Positions 8,986-19,036 of a DNA stretch of 64,000 nucleotides are shown here, piece after piece (position 1 is the stretch's first letter; each line of letters starts with the position of its first letter). The stretch lies in the sequence record NC_049850.1, one strand, 5' to 3'. Below the pieces are notes generated by a model. It did no database searches. It saw nothing but the letters and a program-made list of their open reading frames with translations, and was not told the origin of the DNA. A program made the translations under genes and the position numbers.

Positions 8986-11238
8986 ATGCACCACATCCAC
9001 ACGTTGCTGCTCGAAAAGGTAGGCCCCTTTCAGAAGCGCACTGTCTTCAACATACCGCCCGGCGTAAGCACGATTTACGGGCTCAACCGCGCCTCCGGAA
9101 AAGCCTCGAAGAACAGTAACGGGGTGGGTAAGTCGTTCCTGCTTTCGATGATTCCGGAAATCATCCACGACGTTCCACAACTCGGTGAGAAGTCGGATCG
9201 CGTGAAGCAAGGCATCAAGGAACTGCGCTTCAAGAGCCACAGCGGCAAGGAAGTGATCGCGCGCCGGGCGTCGCGTGGCAAGACCGATAAGCTGGAACTC
9301 TCGATCAACGGCAAGGAGAAGGAAATCCGGACCGTGGCCGAGGCCAAGCGCGTGCTCGCGCGCCTGTTCCCGCTCACCGAGGCCGACTATCGAACGTACG
9401 TGTCCATCGACGCGCGAGTCCCGCACCCACTGGTCATGGGCTCTGGTGCCGAGCGCAAGGCATTCCTTACCGAGTTCTTCGGACTCGACAAGCTGGACGC
9501 CGAACGCAAGCTGTATGTTGCTGAGTTGTCCAAACTTTCGAAGGTTCGTGCCGCCTACGACGAGTTGCGTGCACAGATCGAGCGCGCCCGCGAAGACCTG
9601 CTTGATCGCGAAACGCTGGACCGGTTGAAGAAACGCGCGGCCACCATCAAGAAGAAACTGTCCGCGCTCCAAGCGCTGTTCACGGAGGCGCAGGAAACAA
9701 CGCGTCTCGTGGCGTTTGCTGAGTCGATGGGTCCGCAGGTGGGAATCATCCAGAACGCTATCGGAGAGATCACCGAAGAATCGTTTGCAGATCATGTGGC
9801 GCAGATCAAGTACGAGTACGAGCAGACGAAGGCCAACATCGAAGAAGCGGAAGCGTACGAGCAATACAAAAAGGACGTGGCGCGCTACAATGAGGCACTG
9901 TCCAAGGTTAGCGAATCCACCCAATCTCTTGTCGAAACGAGTGGACGTGATCTCGCGGTCGAAATGGCCAAGAACGCGTACGACGCGTACATGCAATTGC
10001 AGGGCAAGGTGCGCGTGCTCGAAGCACAAGTGGCCGAGTTGCAGGAAGAGGTAGACGCCGAGTTGCCGGAGCGCGTCAAGCGGCCGGATGAAAACGAGGC
10101 TGATCTTGAGACACTGGTTCGTGTGTACGAGCACCAGATCGAGCACGCCGAGAAGTTCTCAGAAGGTAAGTGCGAGACCTGCGGCCAGACCGTGGTCATC
10201 AAGGACCCGAAAGTTTTGGCCAAGCGCCTGAAGATCGCGAAGCAGAAGCTTTCGGCCCACGCAAAGTACGAGGCATACCGGAAGGCTCGGGCCGCGCAGC
10301 AGAAGGCTGAGGTTCAGTTGAATGCCGCTCAGTCAGAATTGGAGCGTGTGAAAGCCCAGCAGAAAAAGCACCGGGCTAACGCAAAGGCACACAAGGAACT
10401 GGCGGCACTTCCTCCGGAGCCCGAAGAGTTCACGGGCAAGAAGCTGGAATTGAAGGTGCTGCGTCGCATGCTGGAAGAGATCACGGAACGCCGGTCGCTG
10501 CTGCGACAACTGGCCGACCACCTCGATACCATCATCGCGATTCAGAAGCTGAAGAAGTCGGATATGGAGATCGTGAAGCGTGCTGAAGAAGCAGCTTCCC
10601 AGATGAGCGATCTTCAAGAGCGGCTGTCGAGCGCTCAAGCCAAGATCGAAATGCACCGCACCGTTCGTGCCCGTATCGCGGACATGAAGGAGAGGGTAGC
10701 CGAAATGGAGGCACAGCTTGCCGAGGAAGAGGCGCTGAAGCATTTGGTTCAGGGCTTCCAAGACAAGAACCTGAAGAAGATGGCTATCGAGGCTATCAGT
10801 CAACGCCTGATGGTCCTGATCAACCGGTATGCGTCACGCGTGTTCCCAGAAGCATTCCAGTTCGAGTTCCAGTGGGACACGGACATCCGGATCATCGTGC
10901 ACAGGCCGAACGGCAAGGAGCCATCGGACGTACGGAAGCTGAGCGGTGCAGAGGCCGCGATCTTCACGTTGGTGATCGTGTGTGCGCTGCTCAACTTCGT
11001 GCCCGACCACAAGCGATGCTCGCTCATGGTTCTGGACGAGCCCGACGCACATATGAGCCCAGAAATGGCCGAAGCCATGTATAATGTGGTGAAGATTCTC
11101 AACACGATGGTGCCGTCTATCGTGATCATCACGCCAAAGACGGACCGCGTGTTCCAAGACTCGAAGCCATTCACGATTGTCAAGGACGCAAGCGGCGATT
11201 CACGTATCGTAGAGGGCTTCCCTCACGAGGTAAAGTAA
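8986..11238 (+). CDS. Rad50/SbcC-like (T4 gp46-like) ATPase
   Basis: Walker A (GLN...NGVGKS), long coiled coil, CETCG zinc hook, LSGAE signature, LMVLDEPDAHM Walker B/D-loop. Confidence 0.9.
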   Translation: MHHIHTLLLEKVGPFQKRTVFNIPPGVSTIYGLNRASGKASKNSNGVGKSFLLSMIPEIIHDVPQLGEKSDRVKQGIKELRFKSHSGKEVIARRASRGKTDKLELSINGKEKEIRTVAEAKRVLARLFPLTEADYRTYVSIDARVPHPLVMGSGAERKAFLTEFFGLDKLDAERKLYVAELSKLSKVRAAYDELRAQIERAREDLLDRETLDRLKKRAATIKKKLSALQALFTEAQETTRLVAFAESMGPQVGIIQNAIGEITEESFADHVAQIKYEYEQTKANIEEAEAYEQYKKDVARYNEALSKVSESTQSLVETSGRDLAVEMAKNAYDAYMQLQGKVRVLEAQVAELQEEVDAELPERVKRPDENEADLETLVRVYEHQIEHAEKFSEGKCETCGQTVVIKDPKVLAKRLKIAKQKLSAHAKYEAYRKARAAQQKAEVQLNAAQSELERVKAQQKKHRANAKAHKELAALPPEPEEFTGKKLELKVLRRMLEEITERRSLLRQLADHLDTIIAIQKLKKSDMEIVKRAEEAASQMSDLQERLSSAQAKIEMHRTVRARIADMKERVAEMEAQLAEEEALKHLVQGFQDKNLKKMAIEAISQRLMVLINRYASRVFPEAFQFEFQWDTDIRIIVHRPNGKEPSDVRKLSGAEAAIFTLVIVCALLNFVPDHKRCSLMVLDEPDAHMSPEMAEAMYNVVKILNTMVPSIVIITPKTDRVFQDSKPFTIVKDASGDSRIVEGFPHEVK

Positions 11239-11248
11239 GGAGAAGCAA

Positions 11249-11971
11249 ATGGTATTGAATGCGTACGGCCTTGTCGACGCGTCTCCGATTCAGGTGTCGG
11301 AGACGCTGCGCGCCCTGAACCTGAGCCACACTTTTGTCGGCGGCTTCGGTCGCACGACGCACACGACAATCGATGGCCTGTCGGCAGAACAGCCGGTATG
11401 GCCAATCATCATCGACCGGGTGCGCAACATCCACAAGGTGAGCGTGCCATACGATCGGCTCGTATACTTCGTGTGTGACGCGCGGGCCCAGCTTAGTCTG
11501 TGCAACGTCGACCAGTCCCTGTGGCCCGAGAAGCGTGAGGGCGATCTTGACACGGCCGTGATGAACGCGCTGCGCGCCCTGAACCCGGAGCCCGGAATCG
11601 CGTGGTCGTTGACGATGCAAGAGCCCACGCTCGACGATTACGTGGGGCAGGCTGCGCAGCCGTCGTTCCTGAATCTGATGCAGGGCGTCACCTGCAAGAT
11701 CAATCCCTATTCGCTGCGCAAGGAAGCGCAGCGGATGGCTGTTGCGTATTTGGCTTCCGGCATCAGTCGACCGGCGCTCCGACGCGCGTACCGTGGGAAT
11801 TCGAAGCTCGTTGACCTGATGACGATTCTCGATTCACCGGATGCCCTGAATCTGCGCAACGCCGTGGTGGCGGCCCGCACCAGTACGCCTGATCGTGTGG
11901 CCCCGGAATTCGGGGTCCACAGCTTCGAAATATCGTACATCATGCGTTCGTTCGCTACCAACGGCACCTAA
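11249..11971 (+). CDS. Hypothetical protein
   Basis: 240-aa ORF with GGAG RBS; no motif recognised. Confidence 0.75.
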   Translation: MVLNAYGLVDASPIQVSETLRALNLSHTFVGGFGRTTHTTIDGLSAEQPVWPIIIDRVRNIHKVSVPYDRLVYFVCDARAQLSLCNVDQSLWPEKREGDLDTAVMNALRALNPEPGIAWSLTMQEPTLDDYVGQAAQPSFLNLMQGVTCKINPYSLRKEAQRMAVAYLASGISRPALRRAYRGNSKLVDLMTILDSPDALNLRNAVVAARTSTPDRVAPEFGVHSFEISYIMRSFATNGT

Positions 11972-12024
11972 TTTAATAGGGCTGAAGTGTGAAAGCCCAC
12001 ACTTCATCTGATAGGAGAACTCTT

Positions 12025-12393
12025 ATGGCTTCGTACATCAGGCTGTATCTCGTTCCCGTCAATGGCGTTCAGCAGGTGATCGACGTGGACGCGACACTGC
12101 TGATACGCAACGGCGGAAAGTTCGAGCCCCCGCAAATAGCGAGCGCAATCGATCTGGTGAAGGTGCCGAGCACCAACACCTTCACGCCGTTTGTTCCCGG
12201 TGCCGTGGACGTTTCGCTCACGACACCAAACGTATGGAACGTGCGTGTGTGCTGGCGCGAGCCTGTCGGAACCGACGATAACCCGAGCACCGAGATCGTG
12301 ACGACCACCGACCCATCGGGCGGTGAGTGCGTATGCGGCATTACGTGCGATGGTGTCGCTATCACCTATGTCCCTGTTATCAACGTGTACTAA
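12025..12393 (+). CDS. Hypothetical protein, possibly virion-associated
   Basis: GGAG RBS before ATG 12025; rich in Val/Thr/Pro beta strands. Confidence 0.6.
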   Translation: MASYIRLYLVPVNGVQQVIDVDATLLIRNGGKFEPPQIASAIDLVKVPSTNTFTPFVPGAVDVSLTTPNVWNVRVCWREPVGTDDNPSTEIVTTTDPSGGECVCGITCDGVAITYVPVINVY

Positions 12394-12405
12394 GGAGTAC
12401 CACAA

Positions 12406-13257
12406 ATGGCAACTTACAAACCCAGCTTCCCGCGCATCAACGAAGGTCTGAGTGCACCCTCCGACCAGACCGTGGTTCCGGTGCTGACGCCGCAAATGCG
12501 TGTCATCGGCTTTGCGTCCATCGCAAAGACAACGTTCACGGGCTCGGAAACGACGCTCACGCTCGCCTCCGGCCCGGTGCCGCTCGTCAGCGTGCAACTC
12601 GCGCCCATCGTGGACACGAACGATGTGAACGGCACGCGCGAAGTTCAAGAATTCATGGCCATCATGTGGCCTGAAAACGTGCAGTACCAGCGCCCGTGGA
12701 TCGGCTATCCGGAACTCGTGCTCGCGGACGATCCGCACATGATCGACTACTGGGGCTTCTGGTCGCTGCCTGTCAACACCATCATGTATCGATTCAGCAA
12801 GGGCTACTACTTGACCGCACTCCAGTTCAATCTGGCTCCGGCCGCCGCGCGTGACGACACGACGCCGCCGACTCCGACGCCGCCGACCGATGGCGCTATC
12901 CGCTGGGCCGTGTCGCTCGACAAGGCAACCGTGCAGCAGACGTGTGCGTTCATCGACTTCAACTGGGTCGAACTGTTCAAGACGAACCAGTACGTGATCG
13001 CCAAGGGCAACGACGGCCCGAACCCGCTGTCGATCTCGGTGACCCAGCAGCCGTCGACGGGCGAGTTCAAGGCGAGCGTGCTCAAGGGCATCGGCCAGTC
13101 GATCATCGGCCAGAACCAAGTGCTCTACGACACGATCCGTATTCTGCGCCTGCGTGACCCGCAGCCGGGCACGTACACGTTCAAGTTCGCGGTCACGGTC
13201 ACGAACGAGACGGGAGCCCCGACGTATCCGGTCACCCTGACACTGACGGTGGTGTGA
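12406..13257 (+). CDS. Putative virion structural protein
   Basis: Beta-rich, Thr/Pro linker (TTPPTPTPPT), Ig-like C-terminal ending (PGTYTFKFAVTVT...YPVTLTLTVV). Confidence 0.5.
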   Translation: MATYKPSFPRINEGLSAPSDQTVVPVLTPQMRVIGFASIAKTTFTGSETTLTLASGPVPLVSVQLAPIVDTNDVNGTREVQEFMAIMWPENVQYQRPWIGYPELVLADDPHMIDYWGFWSLPVNTIMYRFSKGYYLTALQFNLAPAAARDDTTPPTPTPPTDGAIRWAVSLDKATVQQTCAFIDFNWVELFKTNQYVIAKGNDGPNPLSISVTQQPSTGEFKASVLKGIGQSIIGQNQVLYDTIRILRLRDPQPGTYTFKFAVTVTNETGAPTYPVTLTLTVV

Positions 13258-13661
13258 TCATGGTCGCCAGCAAGCTTACGAACAAGACGAGTGAGTCGGA
13301 CCTTCGGAACCTTGCGGCGCTGGGCGAACCCCTCAGCCAATGGAACTTCGACCTCGTGGTCGGTGGTGAAATTGACTGGGAGGTTTCCCGCGTCGACGTG
13401 GAACGAGGCAAGATGCGGATCAAGCGACTGCTCACGACGACAAGCAACCCCAAGAACCTGACGAACAAGACGGTGGACCTGCGGCTGTATCAGTCAGTGG
13501 GCGACACCCCGAAATGGATCAGCGCAATCTACCAACTCGGTGATCGCGTGGGCCTCGAAATGAGCGTGAACGCAGGCGGCTCGCTGCACGATGCGCCGCC
13601 CGTCATGGTCACGGAGGTGTACACGGTGAAAGGTCTGCTGTACTTCTCGCAGTCGCAGTAA
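13254..13661 (+). CDS. Hypothetical protein
   Basis: Coupled to upstream gene. Confidence 0.65.
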   Translation: MIMVASKLTNKTSESDLRNLAALGEPLSQWNFDLVVGGEIDWEVSRVDVERGKMRIKRLLTTTSNPKNLTNKTVDLRLYQSVGDTPKWISAIYQLGDRVGLEMSVNAGGSLHDAPPVMVTEVYTVKGLLYFSQSQ

Positions 13662-13695
13662 ATAGCAACGTAATCACAAAACCAACACTCGTCAT

Positions 13696-14778
13696 ATGCG
13701 CGCACAGGTCGAAACTGTACTAATCAACGAGGCGGTGAAAGTCATCACGCGTCTCGCACCGCCAGTGAGCGGTGCAATCACGCTCGAATCGACGGGCGCG
13801 GTTCTCAAGGTCCACAGTCAGGCCGAACTGAGCCGCTGTTCCGTCACGCTTCCGTGTGAAGTGGAAGGCGAAATGCTGATCGCGGTTCCGACCGAAGCGA
13901 TCAGCGCGGCTGTAAAGGGCCACGATTCCGTGGAACTGGAATTGAAGCAATCGCTTCTCCGGATCACAGACGGCGCGTACAATACGCGACTCACTACACA
14001 AGACGCGCTCGAACTCGAAATCGAAGAAGACAAGAGCGATGCGAAAGTCTGGAAGGTGAGTGCTGAGCAGCTTGCGGAATTGCACTCCATGGTCAAGGCC
14101 GTGGCACTGAAGCCCGTGGCCAACATGGCTACGTCCATCATGCCGATCTCGATCCGGCTGACGAAGAAGGGCGCGTTCGTTGCCTGCTACGACGCGAACC
14201 GTATGTGTTTCATGCAGAGCAAAGATTTGGTAGGAGACCTTGACATCACGGTCCCGCTCGACCTCATGAGCGCGGTGCTCGACTCGTTCAAGGGTGCGTC
14301 CTGTACGATCAAGGTCACGGACTCGTTGGTCTATGTCCAGAACCCCGTGCTCGATGTGGTGCTCGCGCTCCCGGCCTCCGATGAAGACGCGGTGATCGAC
14401 ACGGACATGGTGCAGGAGAAAGCGCGCGAGGTCCGCAAGGTAGACGGCACGGTCATCGAGATCGTGAAGAAGGACATCATGGCGTTCATGGACAACGCAC
14501 GGGCCGTCGCAACCAAAGAGCGCTCGGAACTCGCGATCACTACCGACAAGGGCAAGATCGGGCTGCTGGTCAAGACCACGAACGGCGTGTCGAAAACAAG
14601 CATCGGTGGCGGAGTCACCGCGAAGCTCTCGATGAAGGCCGACTTCGAATTCTTGGACGAGACGCTGCGCAAGTGCTCCGATCAAGTCCAGATCAAGTTT
14701 GTGGACGACGCGCAGTCCTTCATCATGGTCAAGGCCGCAAACGGCGTGTATTCGCTGGTTGCACTCAATCAGGACTAA
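13696..14778 (+). CDS. dnaN: DNA Pol III beta-type sliding clamp
   Basis: 360 aa, matching the length of bacterial beta; repeating alpha/beta pattern; ACYDANRM aligns with beta's VATDGHRL; DnaX-like gene nearby. Confidence 0.7.
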   Translation: MRAQVETVLINEAVKVITRLAPPVSGAITLESTGAVLKVHSQAELSRCSVTLPCEVEGEMLIAVPTEAISAAVKGHDSVELELKQSLLRITDGAYNTRLTTQDALELEIEEDKSDAKVWKVSAEQLAELHSMVKAVALKPVANMATSIMPISIRLTKKGAFVACYDANRMCFMQSKDLVGDLDITVPLDLMSAVLDSFKGASCTIKVTDSLVYVQNPVLDVVLALPASDEDAVIDTDMVQEKAREVRKVDGTVIEIVKKDIMAFMDNARAVATKERSELAITTDKGKIGLLVKTTNGVSKTSIGGGVTAKLSMKADFEFLDETLRKCSDQVQIKFVDDAQSFIMVKAANGVYSLVALNQD

Positions 14779-14780
14779 CG

Positions 14781-15400
14781 ATGGAACAGACACAAGAATG
14801 TCGGCTGTACGTGCCGATGGAGCCGTACCTTTTCTATGAGTCGGAAGGCGGGTACGCTCTGAACAAGGGGCCGCACACGCTGCCGCAGGATGCAGTCCTC
14901 AAAATCGGCGGCCCCATTCCGCTGTCCTGCATGTTCGATTGCTTCTGGCTACTGCACGAAGGCCAGAAGGTTGGCTACTACTTCCGCACCTCGTTTCAGG
15001 TGCAGAACGGTGGTGGCTATATCTGCGCCTACATGGGTGCTGCACGCGGACAGGCAGACAAGGTAGAAATCCTGCTGAACACCGAAGACCTCGTGGTGTT
15101 CCACTATCCGGGCAAGGGCACGATGATCATCAGCCCGCATGTCGGGCGAGAGGTCAACCAGATTTTTACAGAACAGTGATGAACATATTGATCTACATGG
15201 TGGCCGTTGTAGTGACGGCCATACTGGCAGGGGCGGCCGGCGTGGCGGGTGCGTGGTTCGCGACCCGCAAGCAAACGGAACTGGTATCGGCCGTGGTGCC
15301 GGGCCTCATTGGCTTTGGTGTAGGCTTCCTATCTGTCATGGTCACGATCTCGCTGCTCACTGACTATTTGTTCGCAAAAGGGTACATTCATGGCCACTGA
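14781..15400 (+). CDS. Hypothetical protein (14781-15179) and small 2-TM membrane protein (15179-15400)
   Basis: TGATG overlap; hydrophobic segments in the second ORF. Confidence 0.6.
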
Positions 15401-15932
15401 ATCCGATCTCGCGTCATTTCTCGACGACTTGAAAGAGGACGCGAAATTCAAGAAGTTTCGGCTGATCTTGAAGAACACGCGCGAGAAGATGAAGATCGAG
15501 CGCGACAGGGCCGAGGCGTTGGGCCTCATGGCAAACCGGACCTCGCGCTCGCTGCACGGCCGCAAGCAGTTCAGCCCGAAGTCGTTGCTCGAAGCCACGT
15601 CGAACGACCTGAGTGCCCGCGCGCGGCTCGTCGAGATTCGTGTGCGTGCCAAGGTCAACATCGATCTGCTGGTAGAAGCCTGCGACGCGCTGCGAAACCA
15701 CATCTACACCGAGTACGCGGACGAGATTCGACAGTTCGGATCGTCGGCAGAGCAACGCAAGGCACTGGTGGAGCGAGTGCAGGGCACGGCCCGCACCATG
15801 ATCGTCGAGGCTAACGCCATGATCGACATGCTCGACCAGATCATCAAGGACATCGACAGCGCGAGCCATCACCTGCGTCACATGGTGGACGTGCTCAAGC
15901 TGCTGGATGGCAGCAAGGGGAAGATCGTATGA
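15390..15932 (+). CDS. Helical protein, possibly UvsY-like recombination mediator
   Basis: All-helical; C-terminal LDQIIKDIDSASHHLRHMVDVLKLLDG resembles the UvsY C-terminal pattern; near a UvsW-like helicase. Confidence 0.4.
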   Translation: MATESDLASFLDDLKEDAKFKKFRLILKNTREKMKIERDRAEALGLMANRTSRSLHGRKQFSPKSLLEATSNDLSARARLVEIRVRAKVNIDLLVEACDALRNHIYTEYADEIRQFGSSAEQRKALVERVQGTARTMIVEANAMIDMLDQIIKDIDSASHHLRHMVDVLKLLDGSKGKIV

Positions 15933-17030
15933 TCTGGACAGTGATACACGCTATCCTGAGCGGCATCGGCTGGTACTTCTGGGCGCTGTTCGGCATCTTC
16001 GTGATCGCGCTCGGCGGCATCAGTGGGTTCTTCAGTGGCATGCTGTTCGCATGCTTTGACGCCAAGGATGGCCGCGAAGCCCCGATGATCGTGTTCGGTA
16101 CGCTGCTCGGGGTGGCAACCTCCCTCATCATCTACTGCAACTACGCACCACACCCATGATCGACAAGTTCTACGAATGGCTGCGCGGTGAAATCCTGCCC
16201 GAGCTATGGGAGCACTACAACCTACGCCGTGGGCCCGGGCCGCGAGAAATCGTTGGCCCCGTGCACTGCTGTGTTTTGGTCGAGCGGCCTTCGGGCCCAT
16301 TCGAATTGATGGTGCTGCGCCAAGACGACAAGGCCGTGCGCTACGCCACTTATCTGGCTTCGCTGTACGCTAAGTACTGGATCGAGAAGGCACCGGCTCC
16401 GGGCCCGTGCCGACTCCGGCTGCACGGCGTGCTGGCACGTGCCGCCATCATAAACATGGACACGTCGTTCTCCTACGAATTCGACGACGGCATCACCATC
16501 GGGGGCGAGACGCCCTCAACCACTACCGTAACCCTGACTCGGACCCAACGATGAGCACTATCATCCTTCGAAACAACAACACGGGCATCGACGCATGCGC
16601 GTGCCTCGACCGTGACACCAACACGATTCTGGCGTCGATTACGGCCGATCAGATCATGAGCCCGATTGGTGCGATCCAGTTCACGCCGGGGGTCCTGAGC
16701 GATCAGGCGCAGTTCATCAAGACCCTGCAATTCATCCGTATGGAGTGCCAACTTTCGTACGGCGGTCGCATGCGACTGAAGCTGGAGGACACGCAGGCCG
16801 TGGCATTCGCGCTCGCGATGTCTGGCCTCGTCGACTCGACTGACGAGACCGTGGTGCTTGCGTGGACGAACCTGACGTTCGAACTCACGCTCTCCAGCGT
16901 GACGGATACTGGAGCCCAGCAGTCGATCCGTTTCGTCGGTCAGAACTTGGCTGGCATCAAGAACATCGTGCGCGCCCAGAACGTGACGCTGTTCATTTCG
17001 GCCAAGAGCGCGTGGCCCATCGGTGGCTGA
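15929..17030 (+). CDS. Three hypothetical proteins (15929-16159 membrane, 16156-16554, 16551-17030)
   Basis: ATGA overlaps. Confidence 0.6.
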
Positions 17031-18564
17031 GGTAAAGCCAATCACGGTGCACGCCCGTGAGGCTTTCTTCATCAAAAAGCAGGACCTCCCATTGGACGTG
17101 CGGGAGGAACTGATCGAGAAGTACAAGTTCCGGTTCTACGAAGACAAGTCGTGCAGGCAGTGCGAATTCTTCGAAGACCGGCACTCGGATGCCTGTGACA
17201 ACTGCGGCGCGTTCTTGGGCGGTGCCGACCTAGCGTCTGTCGTCAAGATGGGCGAGAAGGACTTCATCAAGACGCCTCTGGGTGACGCGGGTGGCCTGAA
17301 GCAAGTGCTCGAAAAGAGCGACATCCAGTTCAAGTTCAAGAAGCACTTCCCGGACAAGACGTTCAGTAGGCCGATCAAGTTCACGGGCACGCTGAAGGAC
17401 TATCAGCCGGGGGCCGTGGAAGCGATCCTGAAGCGCAAGCGCGGGGTCCTGAAGGCACCACCGCGTTCGGGCAAGACCGTGATGGGCGCGGCGGCCGTAT
17501 GTCAACTCGGCAAGAAGACGATCATCATGGCGTCTCAGCGTGAGTGGATCATGGGCTTCCAAGAGACGTTCATCGGGTCCGACACGCAGGCCGCGCTGAC
17601 CGACTGCCGCAAGGACAAGATCGGTTTGTGCAAGACGTACGAAGATTTTCTGAAATACGATATCTGCCTCGTTACGTGCCAGACTTTCTGGAGTGATAAA
17701 GGTCGGAAGCTTTTGCGCAAGGTTCGCGACATGTTCGCGATGTTGCTCGTCGACGAAATCCACACGGGTGCGGCACCGAAGTACGCATCGGTTATCGCGG
17801 CCCTGAACTGCGAATACAAGATCGGGCTCAGCGGCACGCCGAACCGCAAGGACGGCCGGTACGTGCTGATGCGGAACCTGATGGGTCCGGTGATTGCCGA
17901 TATCAAGGTCGAGCGCTTGCGTCCGCACGTGCGTCTCGTCAAGACCGCGTATTCGCAGAACACGAAGGGGCAGGTGCAGTGGACGCGACTGGTATCCGGA
18001 ATCGAGAACAACCCACAGCGCCTGAAGCTGATTGCTGAGTGGGCGGTGAAGGACGCGAACAACGGCCACATGATCCTGATCCCGATGGCGCTGACGAAGC
18101 CGATTAAGGCGTTGGTGGCCGCCATCAACAAGATCGCGGGTGCCGAGATCGCAAAGCCGTTCCTTGGGTCCGGCTCGATGAAGAAGACGGATCGAGACCG
18201 CATCCTTCAGGAAGCGCGCCAGTACAAGATCAAGGTGCTGGTGGGGACGACGAAGCTGCTGACGACTGGCACGAACATTCCGCGTGCCTCGGCCCTGTAC
18301 CTGCTCACCCCGTCCTCCAACATGGAGAACGCGGAACAGCGTGGGGCCCGGGTGCTGACGCCGTTCGAGGGCAAGCCAACGCCGATCTGGCGTATCTTCC
18401 TCGACAACGTTGGCGTAAGTCGTCGATGCCTAGCGAATGAGTGGTGGGGTTGCATGAAGCCGAAGTTCAAGCCGGTCATGACCGACAAGGACGAGAAGAT
18501 GTTGCTCGATTACCTGAAGCAGAAGGGTAACGGTGGCTCGATGGAAGGTCGCATCGAACTGTAA
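17023..18564 (+). CDS. Superfamily 2 DExH helicase (UvsW/Rad25-like)
   Basis: LKDYQ Q-motif, APPRSGKT, LVDEIH, GLSGTP, EQRGARVL; N-terminal CRQC...CDNC. Confidence 0.9.
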   Translation: MAEVKPITVHAREAFFIKKQDLPLDVREELIEKYKFRFYEDKSCRQCEFFEDRHSDACDNCGAFLGGADLASVVKMGEKDFIKTPLGDAGGLKQVLEKSDIQFKFKKHFPDKTFSRPIKFTGTLKDYQPGAVEAILKRKRGVLKAPPRSGKTVMGAAAVCQLGKKTIIMASQREWIMGFQETFIGSDTQAALTDCRKDKIGLCKTYEDFLKYDICLVTCQTFWSDKGRKLLRKVRDMFAMLLVDEIHTGAAPKYASVIAALNCEYKIGLSGTPNRKDGRYVLMRNLMGPVIADIKVERLRPHVRLVKTAYSQNTKGQVQWTRLVSGIENNPQRLKLIAEWAVKDANNGHMILIPMALTKPIKALVAAINKIAGAEIAKPFLGSGSMKKTDRDRILQEARQYKIKVLVGTTKLLTTGTNIPRASALYLLTPSSNMENAEQRGARVLTPFEGKPTPIWRIFLDNVGVSRRCLANEWWGCMKPKFKPVMTDKDEKMLLDYLKQKGNGGSMEGRIEL

Positions 18565-18574
18565 GGAGTTGATA

Positions 18575-18937
18575 ATGAGGATTCACAAGCGGATGCCCGC
18601 GCGGCTCCGGAAGAAGTTGATGCAGAAGCAGCGGCCGTTTGGCACATACACCAGCACGCGGGGTGTTGCCATTCTCGATGCCATCATCGGTAAGGAATTG
18701 CCCGGCGTTGGTATCGAAAACACCATCCAGAAATGCCGCGCCATGTTCGACGAGCGTGCTAACATAGACGCAGAGGCACGTGCGCGGGCCGAGCGTGTTG
18801 GACTGGCTGATGAGTACAACGAGCAGCAGTACTGGCCAGAAGTTCCGGCAGGGGACCGCGTGGACCTGAAGCGTGGCCGCCGTGGTGGCACTGTAGTGGA
18901 ATTCGGCGTGGGTGATATCCACGTCTGGTCCAAGTGA
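18575..18937 (+). CDS. Hypothetical protein
   Basis: AAGGAG RBS; basic N-terminus. Confidence 0.65.
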   Translation: MRIHKRMPARLRKKLMQKQRPFGTYTSTRGVAILDAIIGKELPGVGIENTIQKCRAMFDERANIDAEARARAERVGLADEYNEQQYWPEVPAGDRVDLKRGRRGGTVVEFGVGDIHVWSK

Positions 18938-18948
18938 CGCAGTAAATA

Positions 18949-18986
18949 AGAGGGGCGGACACCCTAGTGTCTTGCCCCTTTTATTT
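18949..18986 (+). terminator. Intrinsic terminator
   Basis: AGAGGGGCGGACAC-CCTA-GTGTCTTGCCCCTTTT followed by a T-rich tract. Confidence 0.75.
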
Positions 18987-19036
18987 TGTGTACGAATGGT
19001 GTATAGTGCGCGCAGCACACTAACAGACGAGGACTG

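Noticed and set aside
8170-10146. Long antisense ORFs (e.g. 8170-10146, 12004-13119, 18476-19795, 31052-32302, 44089-45123, 48891-50492)
   Set aside because: They mirror well-supported genes on the other strand, lack RBSs or motifs, and are expected shadows in high-GC coding DNA
8986-11971. 11249-11971 as the SbcD/Mre11 partner of the Rad50-like ATPase
   Set aside because: No metallophosphoesterase DxH/GD/GNHD motifs; the partner is probably outside the window
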